Shown here one piece after another: positions 1 to 17,116 of a stretch of 64,000 nucleotides of DNA. This stretch comes from Macrostomum lignano. Lineage: Eukaryota. The notes beneath the pieces were generated by a model. That model saw nothing but the letters and a program-made list of their open reading frames with translations. It was not told the origin of the DNA and did not search any database. The DNA lies in the NCBI GenBank assembly GCA_002269645.1, contig NIVC01000244.1, positions 266,484 to 330,483 of the forward strand, given 5' to 3'. Positions within the stretch are counted from its first letter, which is position 1. Each line of letters opens with the position of its first letter. The position numbers were made by a program, and so were the translations under genes.

Positions 1-3000
1 CGGGTCCGAGCTGCCGGCTTTGTTCACCGCGATCACCCGGAACTCGTACTCCTGGCCCTCTTTCAGGCCTTCGACTTTTGCTTTCAGATCTTTCGGACCA
101 ACCTCCTTGGCAACGGTCCAAGTGGTTGATGTCTTGCTGCGACTCTCAATCACATATTTTAACACTGGCGAACCGTTGTCGTTCTTTGGAGCAGTCCAAT
201 CCAGCTCGGCAAAGTTCTTGTCCCAGTCCAGCAGTTTGCACGGACCGGGAGGATCTGGCGGATCCCAGGGATCTCGAGCTAAGGTGGCTTTCGTGGTCTC
301 CAACCAGTCCGAGTGACCCTCTGCGTTAACCGCCCTCACACGAAACTTGTACTTGTTGCCCTCCACTAGACCCGTCACCCGGCACTCCTCTTTTTTCACA
401 GACTTAAACGGCTTCCACTGTCCATCGGCAACGTCCATGAGCTCGACATCGTATGCAGTGATTGGCGAGCCGCCATCGTCTTCTGGCGGGTCCCACATCA
501 GGGTGCAGCCGTCGTGAGCCAGCTCCATTACGTCCAGTGGCTCACCTGGCTTATCTGGACGATCTAGTACCTCGAATTCGAATGGCACGTACTCCTCGCC
601 GGCACTGTTGAACAGCTTCAGCTGGTACTTGCCCCGATCTGCTCTTGTCGCGCCCCGTGCGTCGTCCAGCACCAGTTGCACCTGGCCGGGACCGGGGATG
701 GCTTTTAGCTGCACCGTCTCCGGCACAGGTTCACCGTTGCGGATCAAGGCGACATTCGGTATGGGAAAGCCCTTGACCGGGATGGAGCAAGAGAACGGCT
801 GGCCCTTCTTGACGCGCATCATCTGGGCCAGCTTGCCGGCCAGACAGGGCGGCTTCTCGCATTCCTCAACCTGCATATTGCACTTGCAGCCGTGTTTGCC
901 AACCTTGACCGAGTACTCGGCCTCGTCATCCAGTTCGAGACTGTTGAATATTAGATAGTAATCGTCTTTGTTCTGTTTGACCTCGATCCGCTCGTTCGGT
1001 TGAATTGGTTCGCCGTTCTTGAACCAATATACCTCGTGCTGCTTTGGATTGCGCAACGACACCATGAGCTCCTTTTTGCGCAGCTCGATGCCCTTAGTGT
1101 CGTATAGGCTCTTCTTGAACTCGACGTCGGCTATGAAGGACGAATTAAGCGGAGGCAATTGTGTTAATAGGTTTCATACCAAGGAATATTTGATTATAGT
1201 AAATGGCTCACGTTTTACGGTCAATTTTGCTACTGTAGTCTTCTTCGCTGTGCGACAGATAATTACGCCATGCCAGTCCATGTCCAGATTGAAGACTGTC
1301 AGCTTTCGCTTGGTCCTCTGAAGAGACTCCATCTTGTACTGTGTCTCATCCTTCTCTTCCAGTTTCTGAATAAATTTCGGGGCGTTAATTTAATCAATAA
1401 TGCATCCTGTAAACAGTCCCTAAACTAGTAGAAAAGGCTATGAAATTTTTAAGATACGAGTACACCAGGTAGCAATGCTGGTCTCACCTGCAGCTTGGAT
1501 ACGTCCATCGGATTTACATCCGGGTTTGAGCAGAAGAACCACTTCACCACAGCGTCCTTCTCGTTCACTTCGCATTCGAATACCACCTCTTTGTCACCTT
1601 CGAAACATTCTTGAGGCCGAAGGTTGCGGTTGAAAAACCAATTAGGATCATCCACGATGATGTCAGTGTAGGTCTCGTCGCCCTCCACCAAGCAGGCGAA
1701 CTCAGTCTCGTCTTCGTCGCGAGCTTTGACTATGCGAAGGATGCAGCGATTCTCGCGTCGCTTCATCTCGTATCGATTCGCTGTGTACTGAAGTTTGATT
1801 AGATCAGAGCGAATGCGGATGCTACAGTGTGGGTTAATGTACTGAAGTTTGATTAGATCAGAGCGAATGCGGATGCTACAGTGTGGGTTAATGTACTGAA
1901 GTTTGATTAGATCAGAGCGAATGCGGATGCTACAGTGTGGGTTAATGTACTGAAGTTTGATTAGATCAGAGCGAATGTGGATGCTACTTGTGGGTTAATG
2001 TACTGAAGTTTGATTAGATCAGAGCGAATGCGGATGCTACAGTGTGGGTTAATGTTCTGAAGTTTGATTAGATCAGAGCGAATGCGGATGCTACAGTGTG
2101 GGTTAATGTTCTGAAGTTTAGATCAGAGCGAATGCGAGATCAGAGCGAATGCGGATGCTACAGTGTGGGTTAATGTACTGAAGTTTGATTAGATCAGAGC
2201 GAATGCGGATGCTACAGTGTGGGTTAATGTACTGAAGTTTGATTAGATCAGAGCGAATGCGGATGCTACAGTGTGGGTTAATGTACTGAAGTTTGATTAG
2301 ATCAGAGCGAATGCGAATGCTACAGTGTGTACCACTGCGCGAAGTATCTGTCTGGCGCCTATATTTAAATACGCAAGTCCGATTCGCTAAATTTGGAGCT
2401 TGCGCACGTTAATCAGCCTGGAGCTTGACCTTGTTCATGAGGGCCAACCCCCAAGGCACAGAGTGTCTCGTGTACATACATGTACATGATCCTGACGTTG
2501 GGAGACCGGACCGCTGTGCACTCTGTTTGTGCGTGCCGGTGCCCGTACATCTCCGTGTGCGTGCTCGGGGGTCAACGGAATGAGCAGGACTGCTTACGTC
2601 ATCGCTTGCTGCGAGTCGGCTGTTTGCCTGTGATTTGCTGTAATCCCCCCCCTCCCAGAAAACGACGTAACTAATGCACCCTGGCTGGTGAGTGCTGACA
2701 CCACACAGTCAGCGTACAAGTCCTACATTTGGTACCCTACCATGACTAGTACGTTTTGATACCATATATCCCAGTGCACGAGTAACCATTCCCCTACAAT
2801 AAATTTAATTCAAATTCTGTGCAAATGCATCACCAAGAGCTTCACTTTTCTAAACTTTTCCAGTCAGCCGTATAAAATTAGTCGTAATTAAATTTGCCTG
2901 GCTATCAAGATTGACTAGCAGATTGGCTGCGGATTGGCAAGCAAAATGCCCCGAAGCATGCCGAAATTGGTGCGGCCCGCAAAGCCCAGATTGATATTTC

Positions 3001-6000
3001 CTGCAGCTTCAGCGCACAGAAACTGCAACAACTTGGGACTCTGCAGCTAGCTATGCATCGCAGCTGACGGGGGGGACAACACGGATGGATAATGGCGTCC
3101 CAACTATTTCTAGTCTTTTCCAAACCATTCGGAACGCAATTCGGCTCAGGGTACGCCAGATTCGACCTACAGCGACATGCACCGCAAGAGGAGTGACGGC
3201 CGATTGGCCAGCGGCTTTGTCTGGCTCGGACAGTCCAAAGTGAAGCAGCAACCGCCCTAAAGAAAGCTCCCCGTCCAGAACGAAAGAAAAGAGGAGAAGC
3301 AAAAGGAGGCTGGTCTTTAGATCGAACTAGCTATTTGGGAGTCTTCTTGAAGGTTTGGCGCGGAGGACAGAAAAGTAACGGAGAGGGAGGGGAAGGAAAT
3401 GCTATTTACCTTGCAAATGGTTTTCCAAAGTTCTAGCATTTCCTGTCGAGCTGTGCCTCCCACCTCCGCCTCTTCGCTTCGAGCGCGGAAGGCAAGCAAA
3501 TTCCACCTCCTTGGCCCGGAGGTGATAGTGGGAAGAAAAGTGCATCATGCCCCCAGCAAGACAGCCGTAAGCGAGCGCAACGCTCTGCGCCAGCATTCAT
3601 TGGTAGCCCCGACGAAGCAAATCATTCCGCTGCGGCAGTTGCGCCGCTCTCCCATTCAGCTGCTGCACAATGCGCCGACCCCCCCCCCGACCGCAGTATT
3701 TCGCAACCCCCAGCTCGACCTCGTCCGCTGCTTTCCAGCACCCCACTCATCCTCCTGGCCGACTATTGCCTGCTACACTGTGTAACATTCCAGAGTGTGG
3801 GGAGGCGGGCGGAGACGGATGGGAAGCTAGAATAGACCTTATGGGCAAAGTGCGGTCACCACTGGTTTGTGCGAAGCGCGCAGGCCGAGACGCCCCTCCG
3901 GCGCGGGACAAGTTCTTTCGCTGCTCCTCGGGGCTATCTATCTAGCAACTTTCAAAGGTTGATTGCTGGGAATGAGCGGACGTGAGGGGGTGTGGCCCTC
4001 CCTCCGTTTGCTGTTTGGGAAGGCGAGGGTTAGAGGGAATGCGGGTAACGGCATCGATCACGATTCTCTTCACTACCCGCGACCCTCTTGGTCTTCCAAT
4101 CTCGGTTCAGCGGTAGGTTTGACCAGGCCCCGAAGTCCACCCCTATCAGACTACAGTCGCTTGTAGTCCGCTCACCTCCAGCTTTTCTCCGCTGCGGTAC
4201 CAGTTCACGTGCGCTCTTGGGTCGTTGACAGAGCACTCCAGGTTTAGGTCTTTGCCTCGAACGACGTGAACGGTTTCGGGCAACTTCTGATTGAAGTTGT
4301 ACTTCTTCTGCTGTTCAACAACGTCTAGGGCCGCTGTAGTCGAGACCTCATCGTTTATTTTGCATGTGTAGAGCCCTGCGTCCTCCATTTTCACTTTCTT
4401 GATCTCCAAAATGTACTCGCATCCGTTGCTGGGGGAGGGGCGAAATTAAAATAAATTGGAGCTCTGCCAATCAAAATAATAATGAAAAATCGATGGCTCA
4501 CTTGATAAAGTTGTACTTATGCCCCTGGAAGATCTCCAGCTTGTTCTTCATCCAACGGTATCGGGTCGAAGGCTTGGAAAACACGCAGCGAAATTTGCCA
4601 ATTGGCGAGCCCTCTGTCACCTTTGTGTCGACCAGCTCCTCCTTGAATTCGTCCTTCTCCTAATTTAAACGGAAAATGAAAAAAATGGCTCAACTGTTTG
4701 ATAGCGTTCTAAGCAGCTGCCTGGCATGGTCTGGCAGGAACCGGAGTGCTCACCACTTTCTTCTTCTCGGTGGCTCTGAGCTGCGGGAAGCCGGGAATCA
4801 GCTCCACCAGCGACTGTCGCCGATTCATCTGGGACATCCGCCTGGTGTCCAGCATGTGCTGCATCTCCTGGATCTCGTTTGCCATCTTGTCGCGTAGGCC
4901 GGATCCCGAAGCCCGGCGTCCGGGACTCTCGGCACCGTCCTGCTGCTTTCGGAGCAGAAAGATGCAAGCAGTTTGATTGGCTTATTCAGATTATGAAGTG
5001 CTTAAATCTTACTTCAAAAATGGGAAACTAGACGAAGCTCTTACTCCGTCATCCTCGGCCTTGTCCACGGTGATGTTGGGTCCCTGCTGGGCGGAGGTCC
5101 GCCTCGAGCTGTCCCGATCCGACATCCTCAGGTCGGGCAGCTCGTCCGCTTCCTCTTCTGAGTAGCTGTCAAAGGCGGCGGCTGGATTTCAGCTTCTGAG
5201 CTCAACGGGAGGGGAACTAGAAAGCCAGGGCGATTAGCAGCAGCGAAAGCAATCAGAAAAAATTGCACAGCAAACTGACTGGATGGAAGCTGGAAGAAGA
5301 GAAATAATAAAAAGATCTGCGGAGGTCAGATCCGAGAGCGGCGAAGGAGGCGGTCGGCCAAACTCCGGGGTGCCATCGGCGGGGCGCTAGGTGGGTGGCT
5401 TCATTTGGCTTTTATCAGCCTCTAGCGGGGTGGAAGGGGGATTCGTTGGGACCAACGGCTTGGGGGATCAGGCAGAGGGGGGCAGAGACGGGCGGGCGCA
5501 GTTTCAGTCGAGGGTGCACGCAAACTCTGCAAGCCGCCCGGGTGCGGCAGGCAGTCTACGGAGGGTGGGAAAGATCAAGCCCGTAGCTAGCGGGGCGGGG
5601 CATTGGAAGAGGTCGAGCGTACTTGCTGCCGGCACTCGACGCGACTGCAAACATGTTCGCATGGCCCCCGCAGCCACGGCTGGCGAGCCGAAGCCAACGG
5701 AGTGGCTGCGATTAGGGGACCTGGACGAGAGGGGGAGGTCTGATGGGGAAATCGGGGTGCTGGAATCACGATTAGGGGCGGGCGCCATGGCGGCAGTACC
5801 GATCCCTATCCGGCGCTCCCTCGATCAGCGAAAGCGGTGCCTCCGAAGCCTGCGTAGTCTCTGTCCTAAGCTTGATGGTGTGGCTACTACGAGGCGATAG
5901 GCTACCGTTGGGAGGGCTGGTGTGAGGGGATTTTTTCATCAATGTGACAAAGTGTGCTACTGCTGTTGCTGCTACTGCTTACGGTGCGAGGTATCTGTCT

Positions 6001-6455
6001 GTAGCGTGCAAGGGTAACGCGCACGATGCCATGGATGAATCCGCTTTGTGCAGAGGCAGCGGCAACAGCACAGGTGGGAAAAAAGCTCCTTAACCCCCGG
6101 CAAGGTGCCATGAAGAATTATACGCGATCGCCGATCGCAGTTCAACTGCGGCCAAAAACAGTTCCAGCCGACCCCAGCCTCGCTTCGTATCTGACTGTGG
6201 CTAAGGAAATGAAATGTCAGAGAGTATTTCGGTCCCGGGAGGGCTATAGGAAAAGGGCAGCATTAGCTGCGGAAACAAAAATTCAGCGTAGATTGTTGGG
6301 AAAAGCCAACCTCATGGCCCTTAAGTGGTAACCAAAGCGGTCTGGGGAATCGGGGGGGATAACAGCTTGAAGAGACAGGAGATTCTCTAGAGGGTTTAGA
6401 CCACGTCCATTCAGCATCAAGCTCATTGTTTATACTTACTTGTCTTCATCCATGC
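1..6455 (-). CDS. unc-22: Twitchin/projectin-like giant Ig/FnIII muscle protein (partial; continues off the left edge)
   Basis: Manually spliced GT-AG exons in consistent phase: 6440-6455 (16-nt microexon, tentative), 5045-5165, 4754-~4943, 4502-4659, 4176-4428, 1488-1787, 1212-1365, <1-1130. Translation gives Ig domains (FRCVFSKPSTRYRWMKN...EDAGLYTC; VYWFKNG...DDEAEYS), then FnIII domains (LMWDPPEDDGGSPITAY...YKFRVRAVNAEG; LDWTAPKNDNGSPVLKY...YEFRVIAVNKAG). The linker RRQSLVELIPGFP resembles the molluscan twitchin D1 site. Confidence 0.85.
1785..2330. repeat. 54-bp minisatellite, ~10 copies, each containing the twitchin 3' splice site
   Basis: Unit GTACTGAAGTTTGATTAGATCAGAGCGAATGCGGATGCTACAGTGTGGGTTAAT, with starts at 1785, 1839, 1893, 1947, 2000 and onward. 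Confidence 0.95.
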
Positions 6456-7623
6456 CTGAAGAACAAAGACTCCGCCAGGCCTACCGCAGTGGCACTGGAA
6501 CGGCTACGAACGAATAAAAGAATTCAGCCTCCTCCGCTGCTGAAAAAAAGGAACACAAAACAGACAGTCTAGAGAAATGCGAAGACAGAGCAAGGGCCGG
6601 GAGAAGACGACGCGGAACTGGCCTTCGACTTCCAATTTAGTAGCGTCCATCGGTGCCCCCCTCTCTTTTTAACCTGCGTGACGGCTCCGACGGCCGCCTG
6701 TCCATGGCGTTGACTTCCCCAGCCCTGCCAGACGGGCCACTCCGCTTTCAGAGGGGGGCATTCTGTGCCTCTCCTTGTGCAAAAAATGGATAGACGAATT
6801 CTCCCCTTTTCGTCGTTTTCTTCCCTCTCTTGTCTCTTGCCGCAGGTAAAGAGAAACTGGGAGTCTAGCCGGGATAGGGATAACTAGCTTGTCCCCTCTC
6901 ATTTATCCTCCCCTGTGTTGGCCCCTACGGCCTGTTCGGCTGCCCCAGCGTCTTTAACTAAAACGCCAACACCCACCCCACCCCACAGGCCGCAAGATTC
7001 TGGAGTCTGAACACGCGCCGCCACCAGCTTCGCCTGTTACTTATTTTACTACCTGCACCGCCCACCCCTTCCTCATCGCCCCCCACCCACCATCAGACCA
7101 GCCGCAACATTGTGAATGTCACAGGGAGAAAAGTTAAGCCAGTTCCGATGTGAGAGAAAGAGAGAGAGAGAGAGAGAGAGGCGGCACCACAAAGAAGATG
7201 TCCCGGAGTGAGTGGAGTCGTCAAGTCTCGAGGTTAAAGAGCGAGCTCCTGCTGCTGGCCGCGACACCCCTGCACGAAATAAACCGCAGCCAGCCGCAGG
7301 CATAGCAGGGAGAATTGCTTTCGCAGCCCATCAAACACTCTCTCTCTCTCTCCTTGGTTTAGCTGGCCGCTGCCACGCCGCTTTCCCCCATTCAAGTCTT
7401 GTCCCGTCTTCTTACGGTCTTTGCCGCACCTTCTCCACACCTTGGTCCGCCATCCCGCAGCGGCTGTGGGCCAACCCGCCAAAGCAGTTTTCGCTCTCAG
7501 CAATTCCTCTCTTCCTTTTTTCTCTATCGCAATTCGCCTATACAGCATAAGCTGGTTTTCCTTGTGAAAGACGTTTTTCCTCGAAACTGTTTTTTCCTTT
7601 TCCCACTTTTGGCCGTCTTCTAG

Positions 7624-7625
7624 GT

Positions 7626-7661
<36 letters not shown>
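7624..7661. repeat. (CT)n microsatellite; an (AG)n tract also lies at ~7156-7180
   Basis: Seen directly in the sequence. Confidence 0.9.
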
Positions 7662-7663
<2 letters not shown>

Positions 7664-9284
7664 GCTTCTTCTGCTTTTCCATCTCGGCTTGCATTTTCTG
7701 ACATTTCTGCGCCATTGCCTGAAAACTCTGGGAGGGTAGCGAAATTGGAGACGGAGGTAGGAGGGGAGCGAGAGCGTGAAGAATGCTGCCGCCTGCTTGG
7801 CTAAATTGACTTGCGGGGAGCTCTCGACCTTCGAGTGGGAGGGAGGGGCAAAGAAAGTCCCCAGTTGCCAGGCAGAGGGGCGCGGCTGGGTTTGACTTGC
7901 CAGCTGCGCTGATCTGATGCACTGGCGAGATCGCTAGAATGTGTGGAATGCGCCAGGCAAAACGGTTTTATGTCCAATAGGACCAATACACCCAAATGCT
8001 TTGCTTGACTTCAATATCTCAAAATCGAGCTTAATCTATGACTCAGAGAGGGCGGCTGGACAATGCGCAATTGGTTTACTGGTGACGAACTAGAAAGCCT
8101 CTCCCAGTGAAACAGTTGGGCTCGGCAGACATCCGACAAATCCTCTGTCTGAGAATGTGAGACCAGTTACAGTATTTGACACTGGTTTTGGGTTCGAGGT
8201 AGAGCTACTGCTAAAGAAAGGGCTAGGGTTAGGGCTAGGGCTGAGACTAGGGTTAAAGGAGTAAGGGTTTCAAGCTTTTAGGTTTAGGTTCAAGCCTTTT
8301 TGATTTATAAGGTTTGAAAGTTTTGATGCGCATTGTTAAAGTCGACTCGGCTGTCCAAAAATGAGGCAAATGTGTTTTGCGCCACAGCCACAGACGCAGT
8401 TGGACTTCCTCTCCTCCATCTGTAGCTGCGAAATTGATCAAAATATAAACTCCCGACTGCGCCAATAAGCTACCTAGCGTGATCAATCAGTCGAAATAGA
8501 GAGCGGTTTTCTTTAAAAAAAGAAGACAATTCACGACTGACTTTTAGGCGACTGTCAGGCCGCTCTGCAGGCAGCGGGGCAAGAGTAAAAGCTGTTAGGA
8601 AAACTAGCGACGTTTTCTCTAACCGTGCCCAAACAATTTTATGTGGCAGTGAAAAACTTTTTACAGAGAAATTTAAACAGACCAGAAAATTCGATTGTTA
8701 GCTCGTACAACGCGTTTTACATGCCGCTTACAACCCGGCCTTTCTAAATAAGGTTTTTCGCTCGTATTGAAGGTCCAATTCCAGTTACAGAAAAATTGAT
8801 TGGTGTACATGCAATTATTCGGCTCGTACCTAGCGTACCATGGACTTTTTACCCAGGCACAATAGCACTTATTATTAGCCAATATCGACAGCTGCTCCTC
8901 AATGTACATTCACCGCATGTACAAATTTCATCACGTGACTGCTCTATTGCTCTCCCACCTTAATTATCTATCCAGCTCTTCTTATCTTTGAATTAGAGTG
9001 AAATAAATATGGAATAATGACATCTGCGCTGGGCGGAATACATGTACAATGCACTTGCTCAGTACGTAGCTAAGCCTGGTTATTATTGAACTCAGGTGTA
9101 TAATGAAAAATTAAGTATATTAATGACTCAATCACTGCACTCACCAAACTCACCTATTTGTGAACCGTTGCTCAGCGAAATATCAAAGGCTTTACTCAGG
9201 GGAACTCGCTCAAGTTCGTGTGACAAAAAATAAAAGAATTTCAGCTTAAGTCAAGCTCTGGACTAAAGCGTCTAAAATATTAGA

Positions 9285-9432
9285 GTACTAAAGTACTAGA
9301 TTACTAGAGTACTGAAGTACTAGAGTACTTAAAGTTCCAGAGTACTAAAGTACTAGAGTACTTAAAGTTCCAGAGTACTAAAGTACTAGAGTACTAAAGT
9401 ACTAGAGTACTAAAGTACTACAGAATACTAAA
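9285..9432. repeat. Short tandem repeat built on the AGTACT palindrome (16-17 bp units)
   Basis: Repeated AGAGTACTAAAGTACT variants. Confidence 0.85.
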
Positions 9433-9544
9433 GTAGGAAAGGCCAGAAGCTGAACTTCTGTCTCCATTCTATCGCAAAAGTTAACATCATCTTTTTGAAA
9501 AAAACTCAGAAATTTGTTAAAAACTTAATTCACTAAAATCTTAC

Positions 9545-13628
<4,084 letters not shown>

Positions 13629-14512
13629 GCTAAAAATCAAGACTATTAGAATGCTGAAAGAAGGGGCACAGTCAATTTGACAACTTACTCACAGAGGGAG
13701 AAAAGCAAAGGTGATAATGAAAATTGCGCGAACCAGGGTATATAAACTCTACGAGTATAAGGTGAACAGATTGGGCGGTTAAAGGTTGACAAATACTCCT
13801 TTGTTTCTAAGCCTTCGCTACCTTTGTTCGCAACTTTCATCGTCTGATTTTTCAAAGCCAGGTTTTTCGGCTCCAGCTTCCTGCATCTGTGAAGCCGTAA
13901 ATTTGATGAAAAAAGCAAAAGCACAAAAAACCAGATGCATGCAACATCCGCAAAGCCTCTGTGCATGCGAACTAAATGCACTTGGAAAAAGCCCAGTCTT
14001 GCACTGATCGATGCAGCTGTGAATTCATCAAAAGATTGATTTTTTCAGCGCCTAAATCAATATTCAGTTCTCATAAATCACCGTGGATAAAAGAAAAGCA
14101 GATTTTTCTCGTCGCCAAACTTTCGTCAAAAAATGAAAGCTTTGATTAAAAATAAAAATAAAAATAGCCAAGGTATAAAGCAGTGCTGCTTTTTGCTTTT
14201 ATACAGCTCCTTTCATTGCTTCTGCACTGACAAAAAGATTCATATCTGATCTATCGATTTGAGACAATCAATAACGAGCTCCTAATTTAGAGCATTCGGG
14301 AGTTGCATGTTTTATTTTCAAATCGACCAACACTGAAAGCAAACTCGAGCCAGAAAACACAATACACAAGACATCAGCAAAAAGTATTGGTGTGAAAAAA
14401 TCTACCATTGGCTGCCGACTAAGGACAAATACAAAAATTCACACCTACGCAAGCACAGCGCTAGCTGCCTCTGACCGACTGCTTGCAAGCTTCCAAGCAG
14501 AGGGCAACAGAC

Positions 14513-15573
14513 ATGAATTCAACTACGACTCCATGGTTCTTCGATGAGTCGTGGAACTGGGTGACGTGGCACATCTTCGTGTGGCTGTTTCCGCTGCTTA
14601 TGTGGGCTCGGCGCGATCGTCAATGCTGGGGCCTTCTTCGTCATTGCGTCCAACCGCAAAGTGTTTCCGTACGTCACCCGACAGTACATGCTCGTCATCA
14701 CGATGAACGACTTTCTTATTCTCACATTTAAAGCTGCTACTCACTACTTTGGGTACATGTCAGCTTATGTAAAAGAGAACGCTTGGACGTGGTACAGGAC
14801 TCCTAGAAACGTCAGCTTTCCTCTGTGCATTGTCTACGACTTCCTGACGTATTATGCGCTGTCTGGGACGCAGTTTTATCAGCTCGGCCTCACAATCGAC
14901 CGTTTGGTTGCCGTAGCGGCGCCTCTGAAAGCGAAGCAAATTTTGACCCGCAAGAGAAGTTGGTTCCTAGCCCTCATCACCGCCATGGCTTTGCTTTTGC
15001 CAATACTGCGCGTCAGCAACCGAGACTGGAATGCGGATAGTCAAGTGTGCACCATTCAATCTAGGAGCTTTATTCTAAATTCTACAATCCTATTGAGCTC
15101 TACTTTGGTCGAGTGTTTCTTCTTAGCGCCCTCATCATCGGCACAGCGGCCATCTGCCTGCTGCTGGCGTGGAACAACCGCTCGGCCAAGAGAATGCAAA
15201 TTGAGGCTGGGACTGACACCGGTAAGGGACGGCACCGGTCGCTGATTCGTATCACCCTGATCCTCGTGTTCCTCAACGTCACCTTCTTGGTGACGGCCCT
15301 CCCGTGGAGCGCAGGTCTGGTTTTCCAGTTGGAATTGGCGTCGCGGCTTGGAGAAAAGAGCTTCATAATAATGATGCGCCATTTCAACACTCTGACTACT
15401 TCAACAACGCTTTGAATTGGCCTGTCTATTTTTTGGGTCGCAACTTCAGGGCCGCTTTTGGCCGGCAGTTCGCTCGGCCGTGTATGCGACACTTTGCTGC
15501 ACCCAGCGTCAGCTATCGCAGCCGCAGCGATGCTGGACAGGCCACGGAGCACCTGGAGATGGCTCAGGCGTAA
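14513..15573 (+). pseudogene. Intronless rhodopsin-class (class A) GPCR, copy 1, with 3 single-base frameshifts (pseudogene or assembly errors)
   Basis: Seven hydrophobic segments after correction; TM3 LTIDRLVAV (DRY-like); TM7 NNALNWPVY (NPxxY-like). Indels at ~14598 (+1), ~15079 (-1) and ~15395 (-1), identified by alignment with copy 2. Confidence 0.8.
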
Positions 15574-17116
15574 CTGGCCGTGATTTATAGTGCAAAGGCA
15601 TGTACCAATGGAAGACGTTCGCTAATTGAATTTTACTCGTTGCTTTTTTCAGAGAAAAACAGAACGCAGTTAGAAAGCACATACGGAGGGGGTCAGGGAA
15701 TGCGGCCCCACTCCCGAAAATAATGACAGAAGCTAAACTTATGCCACATTGGATGCGTTATACTAGGAATTGGGTGCGTCAACCGGTCTAGGAGATGGGG
15801 TTGGGGAGCCCACCAAGTGACAGGGACGCCCAACTAGTAGAAAGGGGCAGCAACGAGGACACCGAATATTGACGCCCCTCCAATTAAAACTTGTGCGTAC
15901 GCCACTTGCCCAAGCAGTATAGCAGATAGACACGAGTGCCTACGCCACGCTAAAGCTTCAAGAATCTTACCGCTCCTTACATTAAGATTACTTAAGAAAT
16001 GCATTCATACAATTCTGATGGGTGTTATCTATCCTATCCACCAGCGTAGTGCTGTGCTTCATACCGCGGGTACTTATACTCACAGGAGTTGGTCCTGCTA
16101 ATAGCTATAGTCTAAAGGTAGGTACAGAGTATTACTAGTATAATAAAATTTGATCTTACATACTACTTTACTTCTGCTACACAAGTTTTTATGTCGCGCT
16201 CTGTCTCGTTTAGGATGGACGTTAATCTCGATACTGAGCACTTGGAGTTGACAAGGCACAATCTGCATCAGATGCAAAATTGACTGTTCTGTTTTTCGTT
16301 CAAATAGCGCATTGTTTACTCGCTAATTTTACCGAGTCGCAAGAAACAGATGCTATGCGAGACACCTACAAACAGTTTATAAGTTTAGTTGCCTTCGGAG
16401 GAAGGGTGATGCGTTGATGAGCACAATATTACTCCAATTAGAATTCCAACTCTTCACAGGAGCAAGCAAATACCTTGTGTATAATAATATTAGGTTTATA
16501 TTTCCCACACGAATGTCTACCATGGAAATGTTTAGCATGCAAAGTTAATTAACAAAAGTGCACGAAAGTGTTATGAATTTTTCGTTACTTGCATATCGGC
16601 ACATTTTTAACAATATTTGTTCACTTTCCTAACTTACGTAGTGGTAGTGGTAAGGTAGTTGTAGATCCCACAACCGCAAATAAACGTGAAACAATGGTGA
16701 ATAATTAAAAAGTTTCACTAAAAAATCCAATATTGAACTTGGACTTTGTCAGATAATCAGGACTTGCAGAAGGCGCAATGAACGCTCAACTAAAATTTAG
16801 CATTCGATTGGTTAGGATGAAGACGAGTTTCGGCACACACGGATATTGATTGGCTTGCCAGAACAATATTGAAGTGAGTTCGAATAGATATAATGACCAA
16901 CCGACTTGGCCAAAACCTGATTCTTATTAATCTCAAGAAGACAACAACCGTATTACAGTCATATTTAGCGGTTACAAAATCTGACTAAATTGCCTTCTAC
17001 AGGTGCCAGCAACAGGTTAGTTACTATATTCGCGTATTTAATACGTAAACAGTGCCAACAAAAGATTGAGAAGCAGTACGCGGCGTCAACTTTGTTTCAG
17101 ATAATTGTCGGCACCT

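Noticed and set aside
2430-2720. Short matches to ~24890-25130 and ~26540-26560 (TGAGGGCCAACCC; GTGTGCGTGCTCGGGGGTCA)
   Set aside because: Probably an old interspersed repeat, but boundaries and class cannot be defined by eye.
5391-6331. Plus-strand ORFs (169 aa, 101 aa) and minus-strand 94-aa ORF in the twitchin 5' region
   Set aside because: No recognisable domains or splice support; they may be intronic or alternative exons but are unsupported.
8220-8256. Telomere-like TTAGGG/CTAGGG tract (also ~49795-49815)
   Set aside because: Only a few degenerate units; too short to call an interstitial telomere or fusion scar.
8673-8909. Cys/Trp-rich ORF as terminal exon of the lectin gene (WSC/PAN-like)
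   Set aside because: Plausible, but I could not link it in phase with convincing splice sites.
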